A stretch of 64,000 bases of DNA from an uncultured Thermomicrobiales bacterium (GCA_902806405.1 CADCWL010000001.1:8472-72471); one strand, 5' to 3'; counted from the stretch's first letter, positions 9,770-21,656 are shown. Numbers and translations: made by a program. The notes: generated from the sequence alone by a model not told the origin.

Positions 9770-11134
9770 TCAGCCGACGGCCGCCTCGATCGCGTCTGCG
9801 ATGCTGCCGACCCGGACCAACGCGACCCCCTCCGCGGCCGCCCGACCGCGAGCGCCGGCCGCGCTCGGCACGATGACGCGTGTGAAACCGAGCCGTCCGG
9901 CCTCGATCAGGCGACGGTCGAGCTGGCCGACCGAGCGAAGCTCGCCGGAGAGACCGATCTCGCCGACGGCGACCGTTCGCGGGTCGACCTGGTGGTCCTT
10001 GAAGCTGGAGGCGATCGCGAGTGCCACCGCGAGATCGGCGGCCGGCTCGGCGATACGGAGCCCGCCGACCACGTTGGCGTAGATGTCCTGCGACCCGAGA
10101 CCGAGACCGACCCGCTTCTGCAGCACCGCGACCAAGAGCTGGAGCCGACTGTTGTCGAAGCCGTTCGCGCTCCGCCTCGGTAGGCCGTAGCTCGTCGATG
10201 TCGTCAACGCCTGGACCTCGACCAGGATCGGCCGCGTCCCCTCCATCGTCACCGCCACGGTCGATCCGGCCGCGCTCCCCGTTCGCTCCTCCAGGAAGGC
10301 TTCCGACGGATTGCGCACCTCCCGCAGGCCCGCGTCCGCCATCTCGAAGACGCCGACCTCGTCGGTGGAGCCGAACCGGTTCTTGACCGCGCGCAGGATT
10401 CGGTACTGATGGTACCGGTCTCCCTCCAGATAGAGGACGGCGTCGACCATGTGCTCCAGCACCCGTGGCCCGGCGATCGTTCCCTCCTTCGTGACGTGGC
10501 CCACGATCAGGACCGGGATGCCAAGCGGCTTCGCCCACTGCATCAGGCGCGCCGTGCATTCCCGGACCTGGCCGACGCTGCCGGCGGCGGAGGTGATCTC
10601 GTCGACATAGACCGTCTGGATGGAGTCAACGATCAGCAGGCCCGGCCGCTGTCCGTCGGCCGCCTGCAGCACCTCCGCCAGGTTCGTTTCGGAGAGAACC
10701 CAAAGGTCGTCGCTCGACAACCCCAGCCGGTCCGCGCGCAGCTTGATCTGTTGCGCCGACTCCTCGGCCGAGACATAGAGGACCGGCCCCACGGTACCGG
10801 CGAGACCGGCGGCGGCTTGCAAGACCAGGGTCGACTTGCCGATCCCGGGGTCGCCGCCGACCAGCACGAGCGACCCGGGGACAAGTCCCCCGCCGAGGAC
10901 GCGGTTCAGCTCCCCGATCGGGACGTCGATCCGCTCCGCCCGGTGTGCGCCGAGCGCGTTCAAAGGCTGAGCCCGAGAGACGGCCCGCGGGCGGACCCCG
11001 ATTGCGCCGGGACGGCGCTCCTCGATGGTCTCAACCATCGAGTTCCAGGCATCGCAGCCGGGGCACCGGCCCATGTAGGCCGGGCTGCTCGCCCCGCACT
11101 GTTGGCAGACGAAGCTGGTTTTGGGCTTTGCCAT
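9770..11134 (-). CDS. radA: DNA repair protein RadA/Sms
   Basis: Zinc finger FVCQQCG...CPGCDAWNS, Walker A GGDPGIGKSTL, KNRFG motif and a Lon-like C-terminal domain. Confidence 0.95.
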   Translation of the reverse strand: MAKPKTSFVCQQCGASSPAYMGRCPGCDAWNSMVETIEERRPGAIGVRPRAVSRAQPLNALGAHRAERIDVPIGELNRVLGGGLVPGSLVLVGGDPGIGKSTLVLQAAAGLAGTVGPVLYVSAEESAQQIKLRADRLGLSSDDLWVLSETNLAEVLQAADGQRPGLLIVDSIQTVYVDEITSAAGSVGQVRECTARLMQWAKPLGIPVLIVGHVTKEGTIAGPRVLEHMVDAVLYLEGDRYHQYRILRAVKNRFGSTDEVGVFEMADAGLREVRNPSEAFLEERTGSAAGSTVAVTMEGTRPILVEVQALTTSTSYGLPRRSANGFDNSRLQLLVAVLQKRVGLGLGSQDIYANVVGGLRIAEPAADLAVALAIASSFKDHQVDPRTVAVGEIGLSGELRSVGQLDRRLIEAGRLGFTRVIVPSAAGARGRAAAEGVALVRVGSIADAIEAAVG

Positions 11135-11198
11135 CTCTTCACTCTTTCGACAGGTAAACACCGGGGGGAGAGAAAGCAGCGTGGGCGGCGGGACGCAG

Positions 11199-11227
11199 CG
11201 AGGGGGCGGCTTGCGGCCGCCCCCTCG
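11199..11227 (-). terminator. GC-rich 12-bp perfect hairpin 30 nt downstream of the clpC stop
   Basis: CGAGGGGGCGGC-ttgcg-GCCGCCCCCTCG. No U-tract follows. Confidence 0.5.
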
Positions 11228-11256
11228 TGTATGGAACGTTGGGGAGAGGGAGAGGA

Positions 11257-13743
<2,487 letters not shown>

Positions 13744-13821
13744 CCCCAGTTTCTCCCGGTGCCCGAGCGGACGGCCCCGTGGCCGCCCCATGCACCCTTC
13801 CGTTCTACGACAGACGTACGC

Positions 13822-13853
13822 AAAAGACGAGCCGTCTGGACGCGTCGCTCGTC
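13822..13853 (-). terminator. Canonical intrinsic terminator or attenuator between rpsA and clpC
   Basis: On the minus strand: GACGAGC, 14-nt loop, GCTCGTC, followed by TTTTG. Confidence 0.5.
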
Positions 13854-13896
13854 CCACTGCCACCAAAGGCGGATTGCTCCCCGTGGCAGGGGCAAC

Positions 13897-13926
13897 ATCG
13901 GCAGGCGCGTTGCCGCGCCTGCCGAT
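13897..13926 (-). terminator. 13-bp perfect hairpin capped by a GNRA (GCAA) loop downstream of rpsA
   Basis: ATCGGCAGGCGCG-ttgc-CGCGCCTGCCGAT. The loop reads GCAA on the transcribed strand. No U-tract. Confidence 0.45.
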
Positions 13927-13988
13927 CCGAATCCTCGCAGGTTGTAAGGAAGGCGAGCTGCGCCGCCTTGGACGTCAGGACGATCGGA

Positions 13989-16055
13989 CTATCCGGCGGC
14001 ACCGTCGTCCCCGCCAGCGCTTTGCGCTGCGCCTTCGGCAGCCGCGTCGCCCGAAGCGACTGCTCCGTTGCCGTCAGCGTCAGGAGACTCCGTAGCGGTT
14101 TCGGCGGCCGGCTTTACCGCCCCGACGACATCGCCGACGACACCGGCAACCCGGGCCGTCACACTTCCCGCCACGGACCCGAGCGCGCTAGCCAGCGCGC
14201 CGGCCACTCCCTCGGCCACGGACGGTGCCTGATCGGAGTCGGGAGCCGATGCGGAAACCGTGCCCGTCGGCTCCGCCCCGGCCGGAGATTCGACCTCCGC
14301 CGCTGCGACGGCTGCAGGCGCCGAATCCCCCGCCTGATTCGCCTCCGCGCTGGACTCGGCCCCTTGCTGGACCGCCGCGGTCGCCGCCGCCTCGGCGCCG
14401 GCGTCATTCCCCTGCTCCGCCTCGACCACCAGATCCGTCGGCGCTCCCGCCATCGCGAAGGCCATGGCCATCGCGGAGAGCGGCTCGCCGTCGAGATCGT
14501 CGGGGAGGGCCACCGCCGGCCGGGGGGCCGGCACGGGCCGCTGACGTGGCTGCGGCCGCGGTGCCGGTTCTACGGCGAACCGGGCTTCTACCGCCGCGGA
14601 AACCGCCGGCGGGCTAGCCGGCGCGGGTGCCTCGGCTTCCGCCGCGGCCGACTGGCCACCGGACGCCGCATCGTCCTCCGCGGGCGCACCACCGCCGAGC
14701 GCGGCGCCCGCGTCGATCCCTTCGGCCTCAAGCGATGCTCGGATGCGCTGCACGAGCTGGTCCCGTTCCTCCAGGATCTCGGGACCGAAGACCTCGACCA
14801 GCTCGGTGTCCGGCGTGTCCAGGGCACGCCGCAGGCTCAAGCCCATCCGTCGCCGCTGGGGATCGATCCGGATGATCCGCAGGATCAGCTCCTGCCCCTC
14901 GGAGACGACCTGCTTCGGGTGGCTCACCCGATCGTCCGCAAGCTCCGAGACGTGGATCAGGCCCTCGATGCCGTCCTCGATCCGGGCGAAGGCACCGAAG
15001 TTGGCAAGCTGGGTGACGGTACCCCGTACCAACTGCCCGACCTCGTAGGCCGCCGCCACCCGGCTCCACGGCTCGGCCTGGGTCCGCTTGATCGAGAGGG
15101 CAATCTTCTTCTCTTGGGAGTTGATGCCGAGGACGTAGACATCGACCTCCTGGCCGACCTTCAGCACCTCGTTCGGATGGCGGACCCGGCTCCAGGAGAG
15201 CTCGGAGAGGTGAACCAGCCCGTCAGCGCCGCCGATGTCGACGAAGGCACCGAAGTCGCAGATCGAGGAGACACGCCCCTTGCGGACCTCGCTCTCCTTC
15301 AATTCCCCGATCAGCCGCTCCTTCATCACGTCGCGGCGTTCCTGGACCGCCTGCCTCTCCGAGAGGATCAGCCGGTTACGGTGCCGGTTGATCTCGATCA
15401 CCTTCAGCGGCAGGCTGGTCCCGATCACGCGGGCCATATCGGCCTGCTTGCTCGCCTCGTCGCCACCGCGGATCTCGGTCACCTGCGACGCCGGCACGAA
15501 GCCGCGGACGCCGTCCAGGTTCACGAGCAGACCGCCCTTGTTGTAGTTGGTGACCTCGGCCTCGATGACCTCGTTCGCCTCGAAGATCTCCTGGAGGCGA
15601 CGCCAGCTCTTCTCCTGACGGGCGCGGTCGATGCTAACGACCGCGTGCCCCTCCGGATTCTCGGGCTGGACCACAAAGACGAGGATCGTGTCGCCGATGC
15701 TGAGCGCCTGCCGCTCCTCCTGCGAGAGGCTAGAGTACTCCCGCGACGGAACGACTCCCTCCGACTTCGAGCCAATATCGACCAGGAGCTCCTCCCGATC
15801 GACGTGCATGATGACGCCATCCATGACATCGCCATACTTCAGACTCTTGTAGTCGTGGGTCGGGTCACTCAGGAACTGCTCCATGAGCGAGGCGGCATCG
15901 AGCTCCCCGTTGCCGAAGGCAACGGAATCCGCGGCGAGCGGAGGCGCCGTAGGCTCGGGGGCCGGGGGGATGACCTCGGCGTCGACGACCATGGTGGCCG
16001 CGCCGTCGCCGTTGTTTCCCAGGATCGTCTGCTCGCTCACGTCGGTACCGTCCAT
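13989..16055 (-). CDS. rpsA: 30S ribosomal protein S1 (four S1 domains) with a long low-complexity C-terminal tail
   Basis: Four S1 repeats (GDVMDGVI.., VIEAEVTNYNKGGLLV.., GRVSSICDFGAFVDI.., GTVTQLANFGAFARI..). ATG at 16055 preceded by GGAAGGTG. The tail is about 276 aa, rich in Ala/Pro/Glu/Gly/Val. Confidence 0.9.
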   Translation of the reverse strand: MDGTDVSEQTILGNNGDGAATMVVDAEVIPPAPEPTAPPLAADSVAFGNGELDAASLMEQFLSDPTHDYKSLKYGDVMDGVIMHVDREELLVDIGSKSEGVVPSREYSSLSQEERQALSIGDTILVFVVQPENPEGHAVVSIDRARQEKSWRRLQEIFEANEVIEAEVTNYNKGGLLVNLDGVRGFVPASQVTEIRGGDEASKQADMARVIGTSLPLKVIEINRHRNRLILSERQAVQERRDVMKERLIGELKESEVRKGRVSSICDFGAFVDIGGADGLVHLSELSWSRVRHPNEVLKVGQEVDVYVLGINSQEKKIALSIKRTQAEPWSRVAAAYEVGQLVRGTVTQLANFGAFARIEDGIEGLIHVSELADDRVSHPKQVVSEGQELILRIIRIDPQRRRMGLSLRRALDTPDTELVEVFGPEILEERDQLVQRIRASLEAEGIDAGAALGGGAPAEDDAASGGQSAAAEAEAPAPASPPAVSAAVEARFAVEPAPRPQPRQRPVPAPRPAVALPDDLDGEPLSAMAMAFAMAGAPTDLVVEAEQGNDAGAEAAATAAVQQGAESSAEANQAGDSAPAAVAAAEVESPAGAEPTGTVSASAPDSDQAPSVAEGVAGALASALGSVAGSVTARVAGVVGDVVGAVKPAAETATESPDADGNGAVASGDAAAEGAAQSAGGDDGAAG

Positions 16056-16145
16056 ACACCTTCCTAAGTCGGCGGAAACGCGGGACGCCTCCCTTCCGCG
16101 TGGCGCGTCCGGCGACGCCAATCGGTTGGAAAAGCTGTAATTGAC

Positions 16146-16174
16146 AGTATAGCCCTGGCCACAAAGGCACGCAA
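16146..16174 (-). promoter_or_regulatory. Sigma70-like promoter for rpsA
   Basis: Minus strand TTGCGT (16174-16169), 17 nt spacer, TATACT (16151-16146). Leader of about 85 nt. Confidence 0.45.
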
Positions 16175-16235
16175 CCGACGCGGTATCGAGCAAACGCCTT
16201 GGCGGCGAGTCCTTCGGCGCCAGCGCCCCCGCTAT

Positions 16236-17348
16236 TTAGCTGGGGATTGCGCCGGCCTGGGGGGGCGCGGAAACCGTCGCGCTCGCACGCTTCAGCGCGA
16301 CGAGGGCATCGCGCAGGTCGTCCTGGTGCGCCCAACCCATATGCCCGAAGCGGACGATGCGGTCCACGAGATGCCCCTGCCCCCCTTGCGCTTCGACGCC
16401 GTGGTCCCGCCGGAGCACCTCCAAGAGAGCGCTCGCGGTGACGCCGGTTGGCGGGGCAAAGGCCGTGACCGTATCGGACGCATAGGCGGGGTCGGCGAAC
16501 AGGTCCAGGCCCAACTCCCGCACCCCCTCCCGGGTCTGCTCGCCGAGGGCGTGGTGGCGCCCCCAGACCGCTTCAAGTCCTTCGCCGACGATCAGGTCGA
16601 GAGCGGCACGGTAGGCGTAGAGGAGGGTCAGCGGGGGCGTCGTCGGCGTCATCCCCTGGTCGGCGCTGCGCTTCGCCGCGGAGAGGTCCCAGAAGAACCG
16701 GGGGAAGCGCGAGCGGGCGTGCGCCTCCCACCCTCGAGCGCCGACGGCGGCGATCATCAGCCCCGGCGGGCACATCCACGCCTTCTGGGAGCCGGAGAGG
16801 ACAAAGTCGAGTCCCCAGGCGTCCGTCTCAAGCGGCAGCGCGCCCGCCGAGCTGACGGCATCGACGATCACGAGCGCGCCGTGCTGCCTCGCGGACCGCG
16901 CGAGCTCAGGGAGCGGGTTGGTGACGCCGGTCGACGTCTCGTTGTGGGTGAGGAAGACGGCCGAAACGTCCGGATGCGCATCCAGCGCCCGATCCAACGC
17001 TTCCGGCGTGATCGCCTCCCCCCACGGCACGTCGAGGCGCCGGACATCGAGCCCAAAGGCGGTCCCGACCTGGGCGAATCGGTCGCCAAAATTGCCGCAG
17101 ACGGCCGCGAGAACCGCGTCCCCCGGCGAGAGGAGGTTGACGATGGCCGCCTCCCAACCCGCCGAGCCGGTTCCGGGCCAGATCAGGACGTCACCGTCGG
17201 TCCGGTGCACGAGCTTCGCCAGCCGCAGGATCTCTCGGAAAAGGTCGCGGAAGGCCGGTCCACGGTGGGGGATCATCTCGCGCTGCATCGCCGCCAGCAC
17301 GGCGGGGGGCAACGGCGTCGGTCCCGGCAGCCGAAAGTTGATGGTCAT
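16236..17348 (-). CDS. Class V aminotransferase, alanine-glyoxylate / serine-pyruvate aminotransferase-like
   Basis: PLP-lysine motif SGSQKAW and an AGXT-like N-terminus MTINFRLPGPTPLPPAVL. Confidence 0.88.
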   Translation of the reverse strand: MTINFRLPGPTPLPPAVLAAMQREMIPHRGPAFRDLFREILRLAKLVHRTDGDVLIWPGTGSAGWEAAIVNLLSPGDAVLAAVCGNFGDRFAQVGTAFGLDVRRLDVPWGEAITPEALDRALDAHPDVSAVFLTHNETSTGVTNPLPELARSARQHGALVIVDAVSSAGALPLETDAWGLDFVLSGSQKAWMCPPGLMIAAVGARGWEAHARSRFPRFFWDLSAAKRSADQGMTPTTPPLTLLYAYRAALDLIVGEGLEAVWGRHHALGEQTREGVRELGLDLFADPAYASDTVTAFAPPTGVTASALLEVLRRDHGVEAQGGQGHLVDRIVRFGHMGWAHQDDLRDALVALKRASATVSAPPQAGAIPS

Positions 17349-17647
17349 CGCCGGCACTCCCCCCGCTCCCCCTGGAGCCTCAAATCCGACTGCCATGGCT
17401 CGTGACCCCGAGTAGGGACCGGACGATCGTCCTCTCCATGGCCGTGCATCCTCCAGCCGACACCCCGGTCAGTCGAATGCATCCGTTGGCAACGTCAAGG
17501 CTGGTCCGTCGATAGTCATTCAGCGTCTGAACGACCGCAAACCGGACCCACGATCCCCCAACGAGGGGGGACGATGCTGCCCGGGGGCTGGGATCGATCA
17601 GCGCCCCCCAACGGCCGTGACGCCTTCCCGCAACCCGGTGGCCGCAG

Positions 17648-18259
17648 TCATCGGCAGACGCTCGCCCCCCCAGGCTCCCCGACCGACGCCCGGACGTTGG
17701 CGAGGTGCCGCGGGTCGTCGAACAGGATCGTCTCCGGCACCACCCACTCCGCCGACACCCGGATCAACCCCACCCCAAAGTGGGGCTGCCAACGCCGGTC
17801 GGTGGCCGAGCCGGGGTTGAAGAGGAGCGTGCCATCCACCAGCTCCGACTTCGGGATGTGGCTGTGCCCGTAGACGACGCAGTCGACCCGCCCGGCGTAC
17901 CGACGGGCTGCGGCCCGCGCCGTCTTGCCGACGTGCCCGTGGAGGAGCGCGAAGGCGAAGCGCCCGACGGAAAACTCGACGACCGCTGGCAGGCTTGTTC
18001 GCAGATCGGCGTCGTCGTTGTTCCCCCGCACCGCCAGGGTCAGCGCCACTTCGCCGAGCGTTTGGAGGACGGACGCCGTGTTCACGTCTCCGGCGTGCAG
18101 GATCAGCCCCACCCCGTGGCGGGCGAAGAGTGCCGGCACCGCCGGGTCCAGGCGCCGACCGCCCCGCGCGAAGACGTGCGTGTCGGCCAAAACGCCGATC
18201 GTCAACGGCGCCGAAAAGACGAGCGGCCTGCCCGGGTGCAGGTCAGGCGAAGACGTCAA
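17648..18259 (-). CDS. YfcE/MJ0936-family metallophosphoesterase
   Basis: IGVLADTHV, HAGDV and YGHSH motifs. The TTG start at 18259 overlaps the upstream gene by 17 nt. An alternative TTG at 18205 is possible. Confidence 0.78.
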   Translation of the reverse strand: MTSSPDLHPGRPLVFSAPLTIGVLADTHVFARGGRRLDPAVPALFARHGVGLILHAGDVNTASVLQTLGEVALTLAVRGNNDDADLRTSLPAVVEFSVGRFAFALLHGHVGKTARAAARRYAGRVDCVVYGHSHIPKSELVDGTLLFNPGSATDRRWQPHFGVGLIRVSAEWVVPETILFDDPRHLANVRASVGEPGGASVCR

Positions 18260-19148
18260 GCGCCGCCTCGTGCAGGATGCGCCGCACCTCGTCCGACTCC
18301 GCAGCAGCGAGCGGTGCCAGGGGTGCTCGAACGGGCCCGCCCGCCAGTCCGACTGCCTCCAGTGCGACTTTCAGACCGGCGATCCCGAAGCGGGAGGTGA
18401 TCGCCGCGTTCGGGCCCAGGACTCGGAGCTGGAGCGCGCGGGCTGCGTCGTGGTCACCGGCCTTGAAGCAGCGCTCGATCTCCTTGCAGGCTCCGGGGGC
18501 CACATTCGCGAGCGCGAGGATTCCGCCGGTAGCGCCCAGACACAGCGCCGGATAGAGGAAGCTCGCCGAGCCGGCGAGCACGCCGAACTCGGGGGCCGCG
18601 GACGCAATCATCTCCGCCACCTTCGGCGCGTTCCCGCCGGAGTCTTTGACGGCGACGATGTTCGGATGGGCGGACAGCTCCGCCACCAGCGCCGGCGCCA
18701 GATCGACGCCCGTGTAGGCCGCCATCACGTAGACGACGACCGGCACCGGGGACGCATCGGCGACCGCTCGATAGTGCGCCAGGTACGCAGAGCGGTCGTA
18801 GCGGGGCGAGTAGTAATGGGGGGTAACGATCAAGGCGTAGTCGATCCCGAGCCTCGCCGCCCGCTCCGTCAACGCGATCGTGCCGCGGGTCGATTCGCTC
18901 CCCGTTCCGGCCATCACCACACGGCGGCCACCCACCGCCTCGACGCCGGCCGCGATCAGGCGCAGCTTCTCAGCCTCGTCGAGCAGAGCAAACTCCCCGT
19001 TCGATCCCATGATCACGACGCCATCCAATGGCGATGCCGCGTACCTCTCCATGTTGGACTGATAGGCGTCCAGATCGAGCTCGCCGTCGGCGCCAAAGGT
19101 CGTCGCGACCGGCGCAAAGACGCCGCTCGGGATTGCGCGCTCCCCCAT
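18243..19148 (-). CDS. DapA/HOGA-family class I aldolase (dihydrodipicolinate synthase-like)
   Basis: Schiff-base lysine context IVAVKDSGGN and GSNGEF, MAGTGS motifs. Confidence 0.88.
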   Translation of the reverse strand: MGERAIPSGVFAPVATTFGADGELDLDAYQSNMERYAASPLDGVVIMGSNGEFALLDEAEKLRLIAAGVEAVGGRRVVMAGTGSESTRGTIALTERAARLGIDYALIVTPHYYSPRYDRSAYLAHYRAVADASPVPVVVYVMAAYTGVDLAPALVAELSAHPNIVAVKDSGGNAPKVAEMIASAAPEFGVLAGSASFLYPALCLGATGGILALANVAPGACKEIERCFKAGDHDAARALQLRVLGPNAAITSRFGIAGLKVALEAVGLAGGPVRAPLAPLAAAESDEVRRILHEAALDVFA

Positions 19149-19186
19149 CCCAGTCTCGTCCTTTCCTCGGACCCGGTTTCCCGGCG

Positions 19187-19537
19187 CTACCGCTCGTCGA
19201 TCACGGAATAGATGACGCCACTGGCGATGCTAGCGACGACGGCGCCAAGGAGGGCGCCCCATAAAGAGGCCGTCATCCCCGGCGTCAGACGCGCGGCGAG
19301 CCCGAAGAGAGCGGCATTCAACACGACCGCGAAGAGCCCGAACGTGAGGCAGGTGAGCGGCAGCGTGAGGACCCGCAGCACGGGACGAATCGTGGCGTTG
19401 ATCAGCCCGAGGACGACCGCGAAGGTGAAGAGCGCCCCCCGGTCGTCGTAGGAGACGAGGCGCTGCTCGGAGATCGACCCTACCGCCAAGGCGGCCAAGG
19501 CGGCCGCGACAACGTAGGCGAAAAGCCGGGTGATCAC
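19187..19537 (-). CDS. Phage-holin-family-4 / DUF360-type small membrane protein
   Basis: LGLINATIRPVLRVLTLPLTCLTFGLFAVVLNAALFGLAA is typical of the family. GTG start at 19537 chosen. The upstream part of ORF 19187-19747 is Arg/Pro/Gly-rich. Confidence 0.65.
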   Translation of the reverse strand: MITRLFAYVVAAALAALAVGSISEQRLVSYDDRGALFTFAVVLGLINATIRPVLRVLTLPLTCLTFGLFAVVLNAALFGLAARLTPGMTASLWGALLGAVVASIASGVIYSVIDER

Positions 19538-19939
19538 CCGCGGCCTGTCCGAACGGCGCAATCCGTTTGACCCAGCGGAGGGGCCGTCATCCGCCGGACC
19601 GTCCGGTCGGTGAGGTGCGCGACACGGCCCCGCTCGCACCTTAACCAGCCACAAAGGGGTTGCGCCGGTCCGCTCCCATTCATCATGCCGCCTCGCCGCT
19701 TCCTCAGGAGGACGCGCGCCTCGTCCCGACACCGTCCCACCTGGCACCGGGTACCGGTGACCGGAGCGGAACGATTATAGGGCGCGTTGCCTGCTTTACG
19801 ATCAGCCGCAATTCGATTCGGCCCGGAAGGACGTGCCGCCTCCGATGCGTGCTATCCTTTCGCAAGTTACGGGCAAGCGTCGTAGCGACGCGCCTCCGGA
19901 GCGATTGCCGCCGACGCCGGCGGCGACGTGAGGCAGTCT

Positions 19940-20326
19940 ATGGATAGCGCAGCGCCTTACGGCTGTCCGGTCGCCCGGACGGCCGAGATTATCGGGAATA
20001 AGTGGACCCCCTTGATCGTACGGGATCTCGCCCGGGGCCGACGGCGCTTCAGCGAGCTAGAGCGATCGTTGATCGGTATCAGTCCGAAGACCCTCTCGGA
20101 GCGTTTGAAGCGTCTTGAGGAGGTGGATGTCGTCGTCCGGGAGTGCTTCGCCGAGGTGCCGCCTCGTGTCGAATACTCACTGACCGCGAAAGGCTTCGCC
20201 CTGCTGCCGGTGATCGAGAGCATGCGCGCCTTCGGGACCACCTGGCTGGCAGGGGCCGCGTGCCCCGATGACGATGCCGCCGCGGTCGTGAGCCGTCGCC
20301 CGGAACGGACGGTGAGGGTTTCGTAA
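19940..20326 (+). CDS. HxlR-family transcriptional regulator
   Basis: CPVARTAEIIGNKWTPLIVRDL and EYSLTAKG winged-helix signature. A GTG at 19928 is an alternative start. Confidence 0.85.
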   Translation: MDSAAPYGCPVARTAEIIGNKWTPLIVRDLARGRRRFSELERSLIGISPKTLSERLKRLEEVDVVVRECFAEVPPRVEYSLTAKGFALLPVIESMRAFGTTWLAGAACPDDDAAAVVSRRPERTVRVS

Positions 20327-20505
20327 GGTACGGCACTGCGGAGCCGACTGCCCGAAGGGAGGTTGCGCCGTCGCCGTTCAGTCCCCGGCGGATGCTCCCG
20401 CCGCGACTGGGTATTCCCCGTTCGCGCGTACCCGCTCTCGGTATACTGCTGCGCTGGGCGTCCGCCTCTGGATGTCCGCGGCGAAGGAGGAAGGGGAGCG
20501 GTCCC

Positions 20506-21570
20506 GTGAGCGCCAAAGCGGACGTTGTCGAAGAGCGGGGGGTGGCGACCGCGCCGTCGGAGTCCGTCCCAGAGAGTGCCCGGCGCCGGGTCTTCTCCGG
20601 CATGCAGCCGTCCGGTACGCCCCACATCGGCAACTACCTCGGCGCCATTAAGCACTGGGTCGCCCAGCAGGTCTTCTACGACAACGTCTTTTGCATCGTC
20701 GACCTCCACGCCCTCTCCCTCCCGACCGACCCGGCCGCGCTCCGTCAGAACACCATCGGTTTGGCCACCGCCCTCCTGGCCGCGGGCATCGACCCGAACC
20801 AATCGATCGTCTTCGTCCAGTCCGACGTTCGCGAGCACGCGGAGCTCTGCTGGCTCCTGAACTCGGTGACCCAGTTCGGCGAACTGCGGCGCATGACGCA
20901 GTTCAAGGACAAGGCGGGTGGTCAGGACGAGGCCGTCTCCGCCGCGCTCTTTGACTACCCGGTGCTGCAGGCCGCCGACATCCTCCTCTACGACACCGAA
21001 CTCGTGCCGGTCGGTGACGACCAGCGGCAGCACGTTGAGTTGACGCGCGACATCGCCACCCGCTTCAACGCGCGCTACGGAGAAACGTTCGTCGTGCCAA
21101 AGGCGGACATCAAGCCGGAGGGGGCGCGGATCATGGCGCTCGACGACCCGACGGCGAAGATGAGCAAGAGCGCGGCCAGCCAGAATGGGGTGATCTCCCT
21201 GACCGACGACGCGGACACCATTCGGCGCAAGATCCGGCGGTCGGTGACCGACTCCGGTAGCGACGTTGTCTCCGGGCCCGGCAAGCCGGCGCTGACCAAT
21301 CTGCTCACGATCTACGCCCTGCTCGGGGACGACACCGTCTCGGCCCTTGAGGAACGCTACGCCGGCAAGGGATACGGCGCGTTCAAGAGCGATCTGGGCG
21401 AGGCCGTTGTCGCCGCGCTGGCGCCGATCCAGCGCCGCCTCGGCGAGCTCCAGTCCGAGCCGGAGCACGTCGCCACCGTCCTCGCCACCGGCGCCGATCG
21501 CGCGCGCACGCGGGCCAGCGCGAAGATGGCGCAGGTCCGGGACAGGATGGGTCTCGGATTGGGCACGTAG
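20506..21570 (+). CDS. trpS: Tryptophan--tRNA ligase
   Basis: HIGH-type motif SGTPHIGNYLG and KMSKS. GTG at 20506, about 10 nt after GAAGGAGGAAGGGGAG. Confidence 0.93.
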   Translation: MSAKADVVEERGVATAPSESVPESARRRVFSGMQPSGTPHIGNYLGAIKHWVAQQVFYDNVFCIVDLHALSLPTDPAALRQNTIGLATALLAAGIDPNQSIVFVQSDVREHAELCWLLNSVTQFGELRRMTQFKDKAGGQDEAVSAALFDYPVLQAADILLYDTELVPVGDDQRQHVELTRDIATRFNARYGETFVVPKADIKPEGARIMALDDPTAKMSKSAASQNGVISLTDDADTIRRKIRRSVTDSGSDVVSGPGKPALTNLLTIYALLGDDTVSALEERYAGKGYGAFKSDLGEAVVAALAPIQRRLGELQSEPEHVATVLATGADRARTRASAKMAQVRDRMGLGLGT

Positions 21571-21656
21571 GAGCGACGGCGCGCGTGCCACAGGGGACGC
21601 GCTACCCCCGCTGTGGCACCGGGCAATTCGACCACCACACGAAGGAGACGAACGTG

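Noticed and set aside
13779-16067. 762-aa ORF on the plus strand covering the whole rpsA locus
   Set aside because: It is antisense to an unmistakable S1 gene and its translation is Arg/Gly/Pro/Leu-rich with no motifs. Long stop-free antisense frames are expected in high-GC DNA.
17349-17647. 299-nt leader upstream of the alanine-glyoxylate aminotransferase gene, checked as a glycine or other riboswitch
   Set aside because: The glycine riboswitch cores (CUCUGGAGAG ... ACCGAAGGGGCAA) are absent. Only generic GC hairpins are seen, probably the terminator of the upstream gene plus a promoter.
19806-19823. GCCGCAATTCGATTCGGC, reminiscent of a tRNA T-arm, in the 400-nt hxlR/holin-like divergent region
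   Set aside because: The stem is 4 bp with a 10-nt loop rather than the 5-bp stem and 7-nt loop of a T-arm. No acceptor, D or anticodon arms can be drawn around it.
20327-20505. Possible T-box leader upstream of trpS
   Set aside because: There is no T-box sequence (GGUGGUACCGCG-like) and no specifier-loop architecture. The spacer is short and contains a plausible TATACT -10 box instead.
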